A stretch of 43,782 nucleotides of DNA from the NCBI GenBank assembly GCA_045653185.1, contig JAZOLQ010000038.1, positions 1-43,782 of the forward strand, given 5' to 3'. Shown here piece after piece: positions 18,308 to 25,792 of this stretch. Each line of letters opens with the position of its first letter. The stretch's first letter is position 1. A program made the position numbers and the translations under genes. The notes beneath the pieces were generated by a model, which worked only from the letters and a program-made list of their open reading frames with translations, was not told the DNA's origin and did no database searches. This DNA is from Eubacteriales bacterium (lineage in GTDB: Bacteria; Bacillota; Clostridia; Oscillospirales; CAG-272).

Positions 18308-18501
18308 TTTTTCTCCGCTATAAGTTCTATATAACAATCACGACAGTACGGTTTTCCGTACGAATATTTTACGATGTCATATTCGCATAAAAAAGCTCCG
18401 CAAACACTGCATTCACATATTTTATCGCCCCGCTCGGCGCTCCTGCCTCTATACGAGGGACAGGCGGGCGGACATAGGTATTTGCCACAATTTCGGCACA
18501 T
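18286..18501 (-). CDS. Small Cys-rich (zinc-ribbon-like) protein, 71 aa
   Basis: ATG at 18501 is preceded by AAGGAG 6 nt upstream. There are 10 Cys residues, including the pairs CRNC, CSVC and CRDC. The gene overlaps the downstream sigma-like gene by 22 nt. Confidence 0.6.
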   Translation of the reverse strand: MCRNCGKYLCPPACPSYRGRSAERGDKICECSVCGAFLCEYDIVKYSYGKPYCRDCYIELIAEKKWTRIAK

Positions 18502-18538
18502 TTTTTTCTCCTTTTAAAGTTAAAATTTTTAATTCTTA

Positions 18539-18567
18539 TTGACAAAATAAAAAAAATGTTTTATAAT
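18539..18567 (+). promoter_or_regulatory. Perfect-consensus sigma-A promoter directed rightward toward the repressor gene
   Basis: TTGACA (18539-18544), a 17-nt spacer, then TATAAT (18562-18567). Confidence 0.65.
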
Positions 18568-18582
18568 TATCTTGTTATAATT

Positions 18583-18611
18583 ATTATATCGCATTTCCGA
18601 AGTATTGTCAA
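18583..18611 (-). promoter_or_regulatory. Perfect-consensus sigma-A promoter directed leftward toward the Zn-ribbon/sigma-like operon
   Basis: The minus strand reads TTGACA (18611-18606), a 17-nt spacer, then TATAAT (18588-18583). Confidence 0.65.
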
Positions 18612-18637
18612 TACGTATTTCGCATTTCATAAGTATT
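18589..18637. promoter_or_regulatory. Operator-like 18-bp direct repeats plus a 10-bp palindrome
   Basis: TCGCATTTCCGAAGTATT (18589-18606) and TCGCATTTCATAAGTATT (18620-18637) are 16/18 identical with starts 31 bp apart. The palindrome AATACGTATT (18610-18619) lies between them. Confidence 0.5.
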
Positions 18638-18665
18638 TATTTAAAGATTATGAAAGAGGTAAAAA

Positions 18666-19295
18666 ATGGACTATAAAAAATTTGAAGCTTTGTTGAAAAG
18701 CTACAACACAACGGTATACAAGGTGTCAAAAGCCACAGGCATAGCCCAATCGACTTTTTCTGATTGGAAGAGCGGACGTTCAACGCCTAAGGCGGATAAG
18801 CTTAAAAAAATAGCCGAACATTTCGGAATAAGCGTAGGATATATGCTTGATTCGGACTTCTATCCCATTTCGGATTTTTCGGATTTCGATGCCTGTCGCA
18901 CCCGTCAAAGACAAGTGCCGATAATAGGCGAGATACGCGCGGGAAGCCCGATAATAACTAACGAGAGTATAATAGGCTACGAGAGCGCAGATATAGATAA
19001 TACCGAAGATTATTTTTATCTTAAGGTGCGCGGCGACAGTATGAAAAACATTGGAATGGTCGAGGGCTCGATAGTTCTTTTTCATAAGCAGCAGTATGCC
19101 GAAAACGGAGATATAGTTGCTTGTCTTGTTGGCGGTGACAGCGCAACGGTGAAGCGTTTCAGGCGGGATCACAGAAATGTGTCGCTTTTGCCCGAGAACG
19201 AGGAATACTCTCCGATAGAGCTTTCTACCGACGATTTTGAGGCGGGAGAGGCAAGGATACTCGGTGTTGCCGTTGAGGTCAAAATAAAATTATAA
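18666..19295 (+). CDS. CI/LexA-like repressor: XRE-family HTH + S24 peptidase
   Basis: 209 aa. The N-terminal HTH_3 region is VYKVSKATGIAQSTFSDWKSGRSTPKADKLKKIAEHFGISVGYML. The S24 elements are Ala-Gly in EIRAGSP, Ser in GDSM and Lys in TVKRF. Confidence 0.8.
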   Translation: MDYKKFEALLKSYNTTVYKVSKATGIAQSTFSDWKSGRSTPKADKLKKIAEHFGISVGYMLDSDFYPISDFSDFDACRTRQRQVPIIGEIRAGSPIITNESIIGYESADIDNTEDYFYLKVRGDSMKNIGMVEGSIVLFHKQQYAENGDIVACLVGGDSATVKRFRRDHRNVSLLPENEEYSPIELSTDDFEAGEARILGVAVEVKIKL

Positions 19296-19305
19296 GGATA
19301 GGAAA

Positions 19306-21279
19306 ATGATAGCAATAAGTGTAAATAAGCTTGCCCTTTCCTTTGGGACTAACGAGATATTCAAGGACGTTTCTTTTGCGCTTAATGAGGGAGACAGACT
19401 TGGAATAATCGGTGTTAACGGTTGCGGAAAATCGACGCTCTTCAAAATTATTATGGGTGAATACGCAGCTGATGAGGGAAGCGTATATATATCAAAGGAT
19501 AAAAGCGTGGGAATACTCCGTCAGGACGATGCCTTTTCCGACTTTGAGAGTGAGGATAAAAGGCTTTCGGCGCTTGAGGTGATGTATCTTTCCTTTAGAG
19601 AGCTTATCGAGCTTGAGAGGAAGCTGAAGGCGCTTGAGGATATTTTGAACACGCGCAATTTTTCACAGGGACGTGACGAGAGCTCTTACGTTTCCGAATA
19701 TACATCGCTCAATGAAAAATTTATCCGTGACGGCGGACTTGAATTCAGAGGAAGATGCCTTTCCACGCTTATGAAGATGGGCTTTGACGAGGAGGCGGCA
19801 AATATGCCCTTTGAGCTTTTGAGCGGCGGTCAGCGCACAAGACTTGCGCTCTCAAAGGAGCTTTGCAGAGAGCCCGATATACTTCTTCTTGACGAGCCGA
19901 CAAACCACCTCGATATAGAAACTCTTGCTTGGCTTGAAAATTTTCTTGCGTCATATAAAAAATGCCTTCTGGTTATATCTCACGACCGTTATTTTCTTGA
20001 CCGCGTTACGAATAAAACTCTTTGTATTGAAAATAAGAGGGCGGCTATCTATAACGGCGGATATACGAAAAGCATGAAACAGCGCGAGATAGACCGAGAG
20101 ATAGCCGAAAGGCATTATAAAAATCAACAAAAGGAGATAGCAAGACAGGAGGCGTATATCGCTCAACAGAGAGCCTGGAACAGAGAGAGAAATATAATCG
20201 CCGCAGAGAGCAGACAAAAGATGCTTGATAAGATGGAAAAGCTTGAGCGTCCAAAGGAAGCTCCGCGTCCTGTCAGCATCAAGTTTTCCTCCTCACTTTC
20301 AAGCGGTAACGACGTGCTTACCGTCAAGGACCTCGCTTTTGGATATTCGGGGAAGGAGCTCTTTCGAGGACTTTCCTTTGTGGTCAAGAAAAACGACCGT
20401 CTCTTTATTGTCGGTCCTAACGGATGCGGAAAATCAACGCTTATAAAGCTTATGCTCTCAAGACTTGCTCCCAAGGAGGGGTATATCGAGTCGGGGTATA
20501 ACATCAAGGTAGGATATTACGACCAGGAAAATCAAAATCTTACCCCTTCAAACACCGTGCTTGAGGAGCTTTGGAATGCGTATCCCACGCTCACCGAGCT
20601 GAAGATACGAAGCACACTGGCTCTCTTCAGGTTTTTTGGAGACGACGTTTTCAAAAATGTGTCCATGCTCAGCGGCGGAGAGAGGGCAAGACTTACACTT
20701 TCAAAGCTGATACTATCAGAGATGAATCTGCTTATTCTCGACGAGCCGACCAACCATTTGGATATCGATTCGCGCGAGGCGCTCGAATTAGCTCTTGACG
20801 CCTTTGACGGAACGATAATAATAGTCTCACACGACCGCTATTTTATATCAAAGCTTGCGACGAGGATAATCGATATGACAGCCTCGCCCGAGTCTTCTTT
20901 CTCGGATATAAGAATAACTCGCAACGCTCAGGCATACGACGAGCTTTGTGATGACAGGGCAAGGCGTGAGCAGCTGCAGGCGGGGAAGAGTGATAGCAGT
21001 GCGCCAGAGGCTTCGGCAGTGCCTCAAAGCTCGGGAGAGCTTACTAACAAGGAGCTGTATCTGCAAAACAAGCAAAACGCGGCTGAACAGAGAAAACAAA
21101 AAAGACGCATTGAGCGTCTTGAAGCAGAGTCGAAGGAGCTCGAAAGCGAGCTCGACTCTATCGAAAAAGAGATGATGGGCGATGCGGCGACCGATTATAA
21201 GCGAGTCGCGGAGCTTGACAGCAGGAAGAACGAGATAGAGGAAAGACTGCTCGAAATATACGAGGAGATAGGGATTTAA
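19306..21279 (+). CDS. ABC-F family ATPase (two NBDs, no TM domain, C-terminal coiled-coil tail)
   Basis: 657 aa. NBD1 has GVNGCGKST, LSGGQRTRLAL and LLLDEPTNHLD. NBD2 has GPNGCGKST, LSGGERARLTL and LILDEPTNHLD. The tail is rich in K, E and R. The gene starts 10 nt after the repressor stop and has its own RBS (AAGGATAGGA). Confidence 0.85.
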   Translation: MIAISVNKLALSFGTNEIFKDVSFALNEGDRLGIIGVNGCGKSTLFKIIMGEYAADEGSVYISKDKSVGILRQDDAFSDFESEDKRLSALEVMYLSFRELIELERKLKALEDILNTRNFSQGRDESSYVSEYTSLNEKFIRDGGLEFRGRCLSTLMKMGFDEEAANMPFELLSGGQRTRLALSKELCREPDILLLDEPTNHLDIETLAWLENFLASYKKCLLVISHDRYFLDRVTNKTLCIENKRAAIYNGGYTKSMKQREIDREIAERHYKNQQKEIARQEAYIAQQRAWNRERNIIAAESRQKMLDKMEKLERPKEAPRPVSIKFSSSLSSGNDVLTVKDLAFGYSGKELFRGLSFVVKKNDRLFIVGPNGCGKSTLIKLMLSRLAPKEGYIESGYNIKVGYYDQENQNLTPSNTVLEELWNAYPTLTELKIRSTLALFRFFGDDVFKNVSMLSGGERARLTLSKLILSEMNLLILDEPTNHLDIDSREALELALDAFDGTIIIVSHDRYFISKLATRIIDMTASPESSFSDIRITRNAQAYDELCDDRARREQLQAGKSDSSAPEASAVPQSSGELTNKELYLQNKQNAAEQRKQKRRIERLEAESKELESELDSIEKEMMGDAATDYKRVAELDSRKNEIEERLLEIYEEIGI

Positions 21280-21310
21280 AAAAATGCGACATCGAGCTTT
21301 TTCTACAAAT

Positions 21311-21685
21311 TGTGCATATCGTAGAAAATGAAAAAAAGAGAAAAAAAGACTTGACAAGAAATATTTAAAAGTTTTCAACAGGCAAGATGTCCGCAAGACC
21401 CTTGACAATACAAGATTTTTTGAGTTTCCCACAGTTCCCACAGCTTTTTCCACAACCCGCAAAAAGTATTTTCCTTTTTTTCTCAAAACCGTCTTTTTGC
21501 CTAAATTTACAAAAAAATAGCTACAAATCCCTAAAATCAGCGCCATTTTAGTGCTTTTTGACGGCAAAGTGGTGGAAAATTACCAAAATGACTAAAAAAA
21601 CATAATAATGAATTTTTATCGTTAAAGCTTAGCTGAAATGCTTTGTGGCGAAAATGCTTGCTTTGTATAAAAATTCTGTGGAAAA
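21311..21685. promoter_or_regulatory. Cluster of DnaA-box-like 9-mers in a 509-bp non-coding gap
   Basis: Scored against TTATCCACA. On the + strand: TTTCCCACA 21425-21433, GTTCCCACA 21434-21442 and TTTTCCACA 21446-21454. On the - strand: TTTTCCACC 21571-21579, TTCGCCACA 21644-21652, TTTTCCACA 21677-21685 and ATATGCACA 21311-21319. Confidence 0.45.
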
Positions 21686-21701
21686 CTATGGTAAAACAAA
21701 T

Positions 21702-21753
21702 AAAAAATACCGAATCAAAGCGGAAATTTCGCTGATAGATTCGGTATTTTTTG
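21702..21753. terminator. Bidirectional rho-independent terminator (rpe / ABC-F side)
   Basis: ATACCGAATC (21707-21716) pairs with GATTCGGTAT (21738-21747), with an inner AGCG/CGCT helix. An A-run lies upstream and a T-run downstream. Confidence 0.8.
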
Positions 21754-21788
21754 TTTAATTAAGAGTAGTTGGCGTTATAGCTTGCTCA

Positions 21789-22505
21789 TCAGTCTCTCTT
21801 CTTAACTGCGCCCTTTGCCGCGCGTTCTTCAACGCCGCTTCCAAACGGATAAAGCTTTGCTGTTTCCTTCATCTTGTCGATAACGTCCTTTGCGCTGGGA
21901 GCATTGAATACCGCAGAGCCTGCGACTATGATATTTGCGCCTGCCTCGGTAGCGTACTTTGTGTTGTCGGGAGTAAGACCGCCGTCAACCTCAATGTCGA
22001 TATCAATGTTATTCTCGTTAGCGTATGTACGGATAGCTCTGACCTTTTCAAGACACTCGGGCTTCATCTTCTGACCGCCAAATCCGGGCTCAACAGTCAT
22101 AACGAGGACCATATCGAGATCCTTGAGCATAGGATATACTACCTCGGGGGGAGTTGCGGGCTTTATTGAAAGTCCTGCCTTGCACTCCTTGGATTTGATA
22201 TAACGAATGACCTCCGCGGGATTTTCGCAGCTTTCGTAATGTATTGTGATTATGTCAGCGCCTGCCTTGAGAAAATCGTCGATATATCTTTGCGGCTTTG
22301 TTATCATAAGGTGTACGTCAAAAATGATAGAGGATACTTTTCTGACAGAGGAGATAACGGGTGCGCCAAAGCTCATGTTAGGAACGAATATTCCGTCCAT
22401 AACGTCGAGATGTATGTAGCTTGCGCCTGCTTTTTCAACTTTTTTGATTTCTGCTCCAAGCTGGGAAAAATCACAAGCGAGGACTGATGGAGATACAACG
22501 AACAT
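21789..22505 (-). CDS. rpe: Ribulose-phosphate 3-epimerase
   Basis: The true start is the ATG at 22505 (MFVVSPSVLACDF...), with AAAGGAA upstream. Motifs HLDVMDGIFVPN and MTVEPGFGGQ are present. The ORF-track extension to 22739 has no support. Confidence 0.9.
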   Translation of the reverse strand: MFVVSPSVLACDFSQLGAEIKKVEKAGASYIHLDVMDGIFVPNMSFGAPVISSVRKVSSIIFDVHLMITKPQRYIDDFLKAGADIITIHYESCENPAEVIRYIKSKECKAGLSIKPATPPEVVYPMLKDLDMVLVMTVEPGFGGQKMKPECLEKVRAIRTYANENNIDIDIEVDGGLTPDNTKYATEAGANIIVAGSAVFNAPSAKDVIDKMKETAKLYPFGSGVEERAAKGAVKKRD

Positions 22506-22790
22506 AAAATAATTCCTTTCTTTATGTTTAATAAAAAATTTCAATTTTAAGTGGCATCGACCTTTCGCAGAGGCGTTTTGCGAGCGCGGACAAGGCCAAA
22601 AATTTTTTGAGGAGAAGTCTTGGGTATGACGAATTTCCTCGAAAAACATATTATGTATAGTAAAGAAAGTGCGGTAAGGTCGGCAGAGAAGTGACAAAGC
22701 AAGGAAGTGAGCATAGATTTCGCCGATTCTTGTCCGCACTGTGCTGAAGCACGGTGGTGGCTTATTGTAAACGCCGCCGTGTTTCGCTTT

Positions 22791-23267
22791 TTAATTGATA
22801 GATTCTATAAGGCAAACGGCATGCGCGGCAATTCCGAGCTTCTCGCCCGAAAAGCCCAGACCCTCCTCGGTGGTTGCCTTTATGCTTATGCTGTCAATGG
22901 GGATATCCAGAGCAAACGAGATATTCATTCGCATCTTCTGTATATAAGGGGCGAGCTTCGGCGCTTGCGCTATTACAGTGGAGTCTATATTCACTACACG
23001 GTATCCCGCGGACGTAAGCCTTGCGGCTACCTTGCGGAGAAGCAAGAGGCTATTCGCATCCTTATATTTTTCATCGGTGTCGGGGAAGAGCTTTCCAATA
23101 TCTCCAAGCGCCGCCGCGCCAAGAAGCGAGTCGGCAATCGCATGAAGCAGAACGTCGGCGTCCGAATGACCGAGAAGACCTACGGTGTGAGGAATATCAA
23201 CGCCTCCGATAATAAGCTTTCTGCCCTCAGAAAGCCTGTGGACGTCATATCCATGACCTATTCTCAT
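22791..23267 (-). CDS. ispF: 2-C-methyl-D-erythritol 2,4-cyclodiphosphate synthase
   Basis: 158 aa, [12 protein letters not shown]...[12 protein letters not shown]... Confidence 0.9.
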   Translation of the reverse strand: MRIGHGYDVHRLSEGRKLIIGGVDIPHTVGLLGHSDADVLLHAIADSLLGAAALGDIGKLFPDTDEKYKDANSLLLLRKVAARLTSAGYRVVNIDSTVIAQAPKLAPYIQKMRMNISFALDIPIDSISIKATTEEGLGFSGEKLGIAAHAVCLIESIN

Positions 23268-24034
23268 ACGTCCTCCACCGATCTTTGCTTTTCACGCTTG
23301 ACAAGGAGCGCCTCTGCAAATACCATATCCGCTTGCGTGGTTATCTTTAAATTCTGAGAACCGCACTCAACAAGTCTTATAGGATGCTTGATGTTTTCGA
23401 CGAGCATATTGTCGTCAGTTCCGTCAAATCCCTTTTGGAGCGCAGTATAAGCTGCGGCCCTGTAAAGCTTGGTCTTGAATACCTGAGGAGTCTGAGCCAG
23501 CCAAACAGTCTTTCTGTCGCAGGTGGAATCTATAAATCCCTTGCTGTCGGCAATTTTTACCGTATCGGTAGAATTGTGAGCAGCAGTCGCAGCCTTATAT
23601 TTATAAGCGGCGCGGCAGACAGAGGTTATCTGTTCGGGCGTAATAAGGCATCTTGCGGCATCCGAGATCGCGACGTACTTGGAATTCTTGGATACGACGT
23701 CAACACCCTTGAGCACCGAAGCCTGTCTTGTTTCTCCGCCTTCGATGACAGAAGTCACCTTGGTTATGCCATATTCACTGCATATACCGTCATACTCTTC
23801 GATCTCCTCACTTTTAGCGACGATTATTATTTCGTGGATACATTCGCACTCCTCAAAAGCACGCAAAGTGTGGGCAATTATCGGCATGCCGCAAAGCTCT
23901 GTCATCTGCTTTGTGGATTCACCGCCGAATCTGACCGAATCTCCTGCGGCGGCAATTACCGCAGATGTGAAATTTTTAGGGTGAGAAGACCCGGATATAG
24001 CTCGCAGAATACCTGCGATTTTCTTAATGCACAA
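23264..24034 (-). CDS. ispD: 2-C-methyl-D-erythritol 4-phosphate cytidylyltransferase
   Basis: 256 aa with the [13 protein letters not shown] motif. The start is a TTG at 24034, 8 nt downstream of AGGAGG. There is no in-frame ATG for the first ~44 codons. The stop overlaps the ispF start (ATGA). Confidence 0.85.
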   Translation of the reverse strand: MCIKKIAGILRAISGSSHPKNFTSAVIAAAGDSVRFGGESTKQMTELCGMPIIAHTLRAFEECECIHEIIIVAKSEEIEEYDGICSEYGITKVTSVIEGGETRQASVLKGVDVVSKNSKYVAISDAARCLITPEQITSVCRAAYKYKAATAAHNSTDTVKIADSKGFIDSTCDRKTVWLAQTPQVFKTKLYRAAAYTALQKGFDGTDDNMLVENIKHPIRLVECGSQNLKITTQADMVFAEALLVKREKQRSVEDV

Positions 24035-24060
24035 GGTTTTTTCCTCCTGTTTTTTTTAGT

Positions 24061-24510
24061 TTAGAAGCAGCCTTTTTCTATATCTTCGAGCATAGATACT
24101 CGTTTGAGATGGTTTCCTGAGTCAAGATATTTTGCGCTGACAAATTCATCTACCATATCCAGCGCCAGACCGATGCCAACAACGCGCTCGCCAAAACAAA
24201 GGATATTAGCATCGTTGTGCTCTCGTGTAAGTCTTGCGGAAAAGGTGTCGGAACAGCACGCCGCGCGAATTCCGTCGTGCTTGTTTGCGGCAATCGACAT
24301 TCCTATTCCCGTGCCGCAGATGAGGATGCCGAGAGAACATTCTCCCGACAGTATTTTTTCACAAGCGGCGTGAGCGTATACGGGATAATGGCAACTGTCT
24401 TTAGAATAAGTGCCAACGTCCACACACTCGAAGCCTCTGTGATTAAGGTGATCTATAACCGCGTTCTTTATCATAAAGCCCGCGTGATCGCAGCCAATAA
24501 CTATTTTCAT
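24061..24510 (-). CDS. rpiB: Ribose-5-phosphate isomerase B
   Basis: 149 aa, MKIVIGCDHAGF...ICGTGIGMSIAANK... Confidence 0.9.
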   Translation of the reverse strand: MKIVIGCDHAGFMIKNAVIDHLNHRGFECVDVGTYSKDSCHYPVYAHAACEKILSGECSLGILICGTGIGMSIAANKHDGIRAACCSDTFSARLTREHNDANILCFGERVVGIGLALDMVDEFVSAKYLDSGNHLKRVSMLEDIEKGCF

Positions 24511-24559
24511 GCGATTTGCTCCTTATGTGCTAATGTGTAAGATTTATTGAATATTTTGT

Positions 24560-25255
24560 TTAGCCTTGTTTTTTTTCGGCAAGCTCGCGCTCTGCCTGAC
24601 AGGGACGAAGGTAGGTCGATACCAGCTCCTTGTCGGACGTGAACTCACCCTTGCCGTACTTTTTCAGCGCCACGCAAGCCACTGAATATGCCGACTGTAT
24701 ACGCTGTCTTTTTGGCGTAGGAGTATAGCTTGTAAGCTTTATCTCGGGTATTGTGACGTCATATCCGTCTCCGCAAAAGCTCACGGGCTGTTTTTTTTCG
24801 GCAAGTATAGAGTCGAGCTCGGATATAGAGATAGCGTCATCGTCAGAAATACGCGTCAAATTCTCTCCGTCGGACTCAAATAAAGCTGTGTATACTTGAG
24901 AACGCCTTGCGTTCATCACAGGGCATATAAGCCCCTTTACACCTACAAGATTATATGCAAGAGCCTCGAGGGTAGATACGGCGACACACGGTTTTTGAGA
25001 ACCGAAGGCAAGACCTTTTACGGTTGCCGCGCCTATTCTCACTCCCGTGAAAGATCCGGGGCCAGCTGAGCATGCGAAAATGTCTACATCGGAGACCGAA
25101 AGACCGAGTGTGTTGAGAGATGCTTCTATCATGGGAAGAATCGTCTCGCTATGCGTGTTACCGTTTGAGATAGTGTATTCGGCAAGCAAAAGCTCGTCCT
25201 CTGTTATAGCCACAGAGGCAGTAGTTGCGGTGCTGTCAACAGCAAGAATTTTCAT
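24560..25255 (-). CDS. tsaB: tRNA t6A37 biosynthesis protein TsaB
   Basis: 231 aa with the N-terminus MKILAVDSTATTASVAI and GPGSFTGVRIG. Confidence 0.85.
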   Translation of the reverse strand: MKILAVDSTATTASVAITEDELLLAEYTISNGNTHSETILPMIEASLNTLGLSVSDVDIFACSAGPGSFTGVRIGAATVKGLAFGSQKPCVAVSTLEALAYNLVGVKGLICPVMNARRSQVYTALFESDGENLTRISDDDAISISELDSILAEKKQPVSFCGDGYDVTIPEIKLTSYTPTPKRQRIQSAYSVACVALKKYGKGEFTSDKELVSTYLRPCQAERELAEKKQG

Positions 25256-25294
25256 CTTAAAGATCCTTTTTATTTCTTGATTGAGCCCAAAGGC

Positions 25295-25792
25295 TTATTT
25301 TGTAGAGCTCTGTACGGATATCGTGATAAGTCTCTCGTTCGGAAGCTCGACAGAGATTTTTTCGATGACTATCTTTATATACTCGTTTGGAAGCGCAAAG
25401 GGGATCTTTTCGCTCCATTCAACGATACAAAAGGCGTTTGACGATAGGTAATCGTAAAAGCCCGTCGAGTAAAGATCGTCATCGTCGATAATTCTGTACA
25501 TATCGAAATGGTATACGCGAGACTCTTTGCTTCCGTACTCGTTTACAAGCGCAAATGTGGGAGATTTTACCGTAGACTCGGGTGCAAGCACGCGCGCGAA
25601 GCCTCTGACAAAGGCTGTCTTGCCCACGCCAAGATCACCGTACATTGCGATAAAATGGGGGAGAGAGGGCTCGCTTTTTAACAAGAGGGCAAGCGTCTCT
25701 CCCACAGCCTCGGTTTCCTCGGCAGTCTCGGTGTTTTTTTTGAATGGAAGGTCCATATCAGAAGAGTCCTGTAATATTTCCATTGTCGTCAA
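25295..25792 (-). CDS. tsaE: tRNA t6A37 biosynthesis ATPase TsaE
   Basis: P-loop [13 protein letters not shown] and [10 protein letters not shown]. The start is uncertain: the ATG at 25792 overlaps the fhs stop by 35 nt, whereas the ATG at 25756 lies 1 nt past that stop. Confidence 0.85.
   Translation of the reverse strand: MTTMEILQDSSDMDLPFKKNTETAEETEAVGETLALLLKSEPSLPHFIAMYGDLGVGKTAFVRGFARVLAPESTVKSPTFALVNEYGSKESRVYHFDMYRIIDDDDLYSTGFYDYLSSNAFCIVEWSEKIPFALPNEYIKIVIEKISVELPNERLITISVQSSTK

Noticed and set aside
20848-21567. 239-aa minus-strand ORF spanning the ABC-F 3' end and part of the non-coding gap
   Set aside because: It is antisense to a well-supported ABC-F gene. The part lying in the gap is low-complexity (K, F, L and S from A/T runs), and there is no RBS. 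I treat the gap as non-coding.
21280-21788. Possibility that the DnaA-box cluster is the chromosomal origin (oriC)
   Set aside because: There is no dnaA, dnaN or rpmH nearby. Gene-strand bias does not switch at this point, since genes are predominantly on the minus strand on both sides. I saw no obvious tandem AT-rich unwinding repeats. I therefore keep it as a secondary DnaA-box cluster hypothesis.
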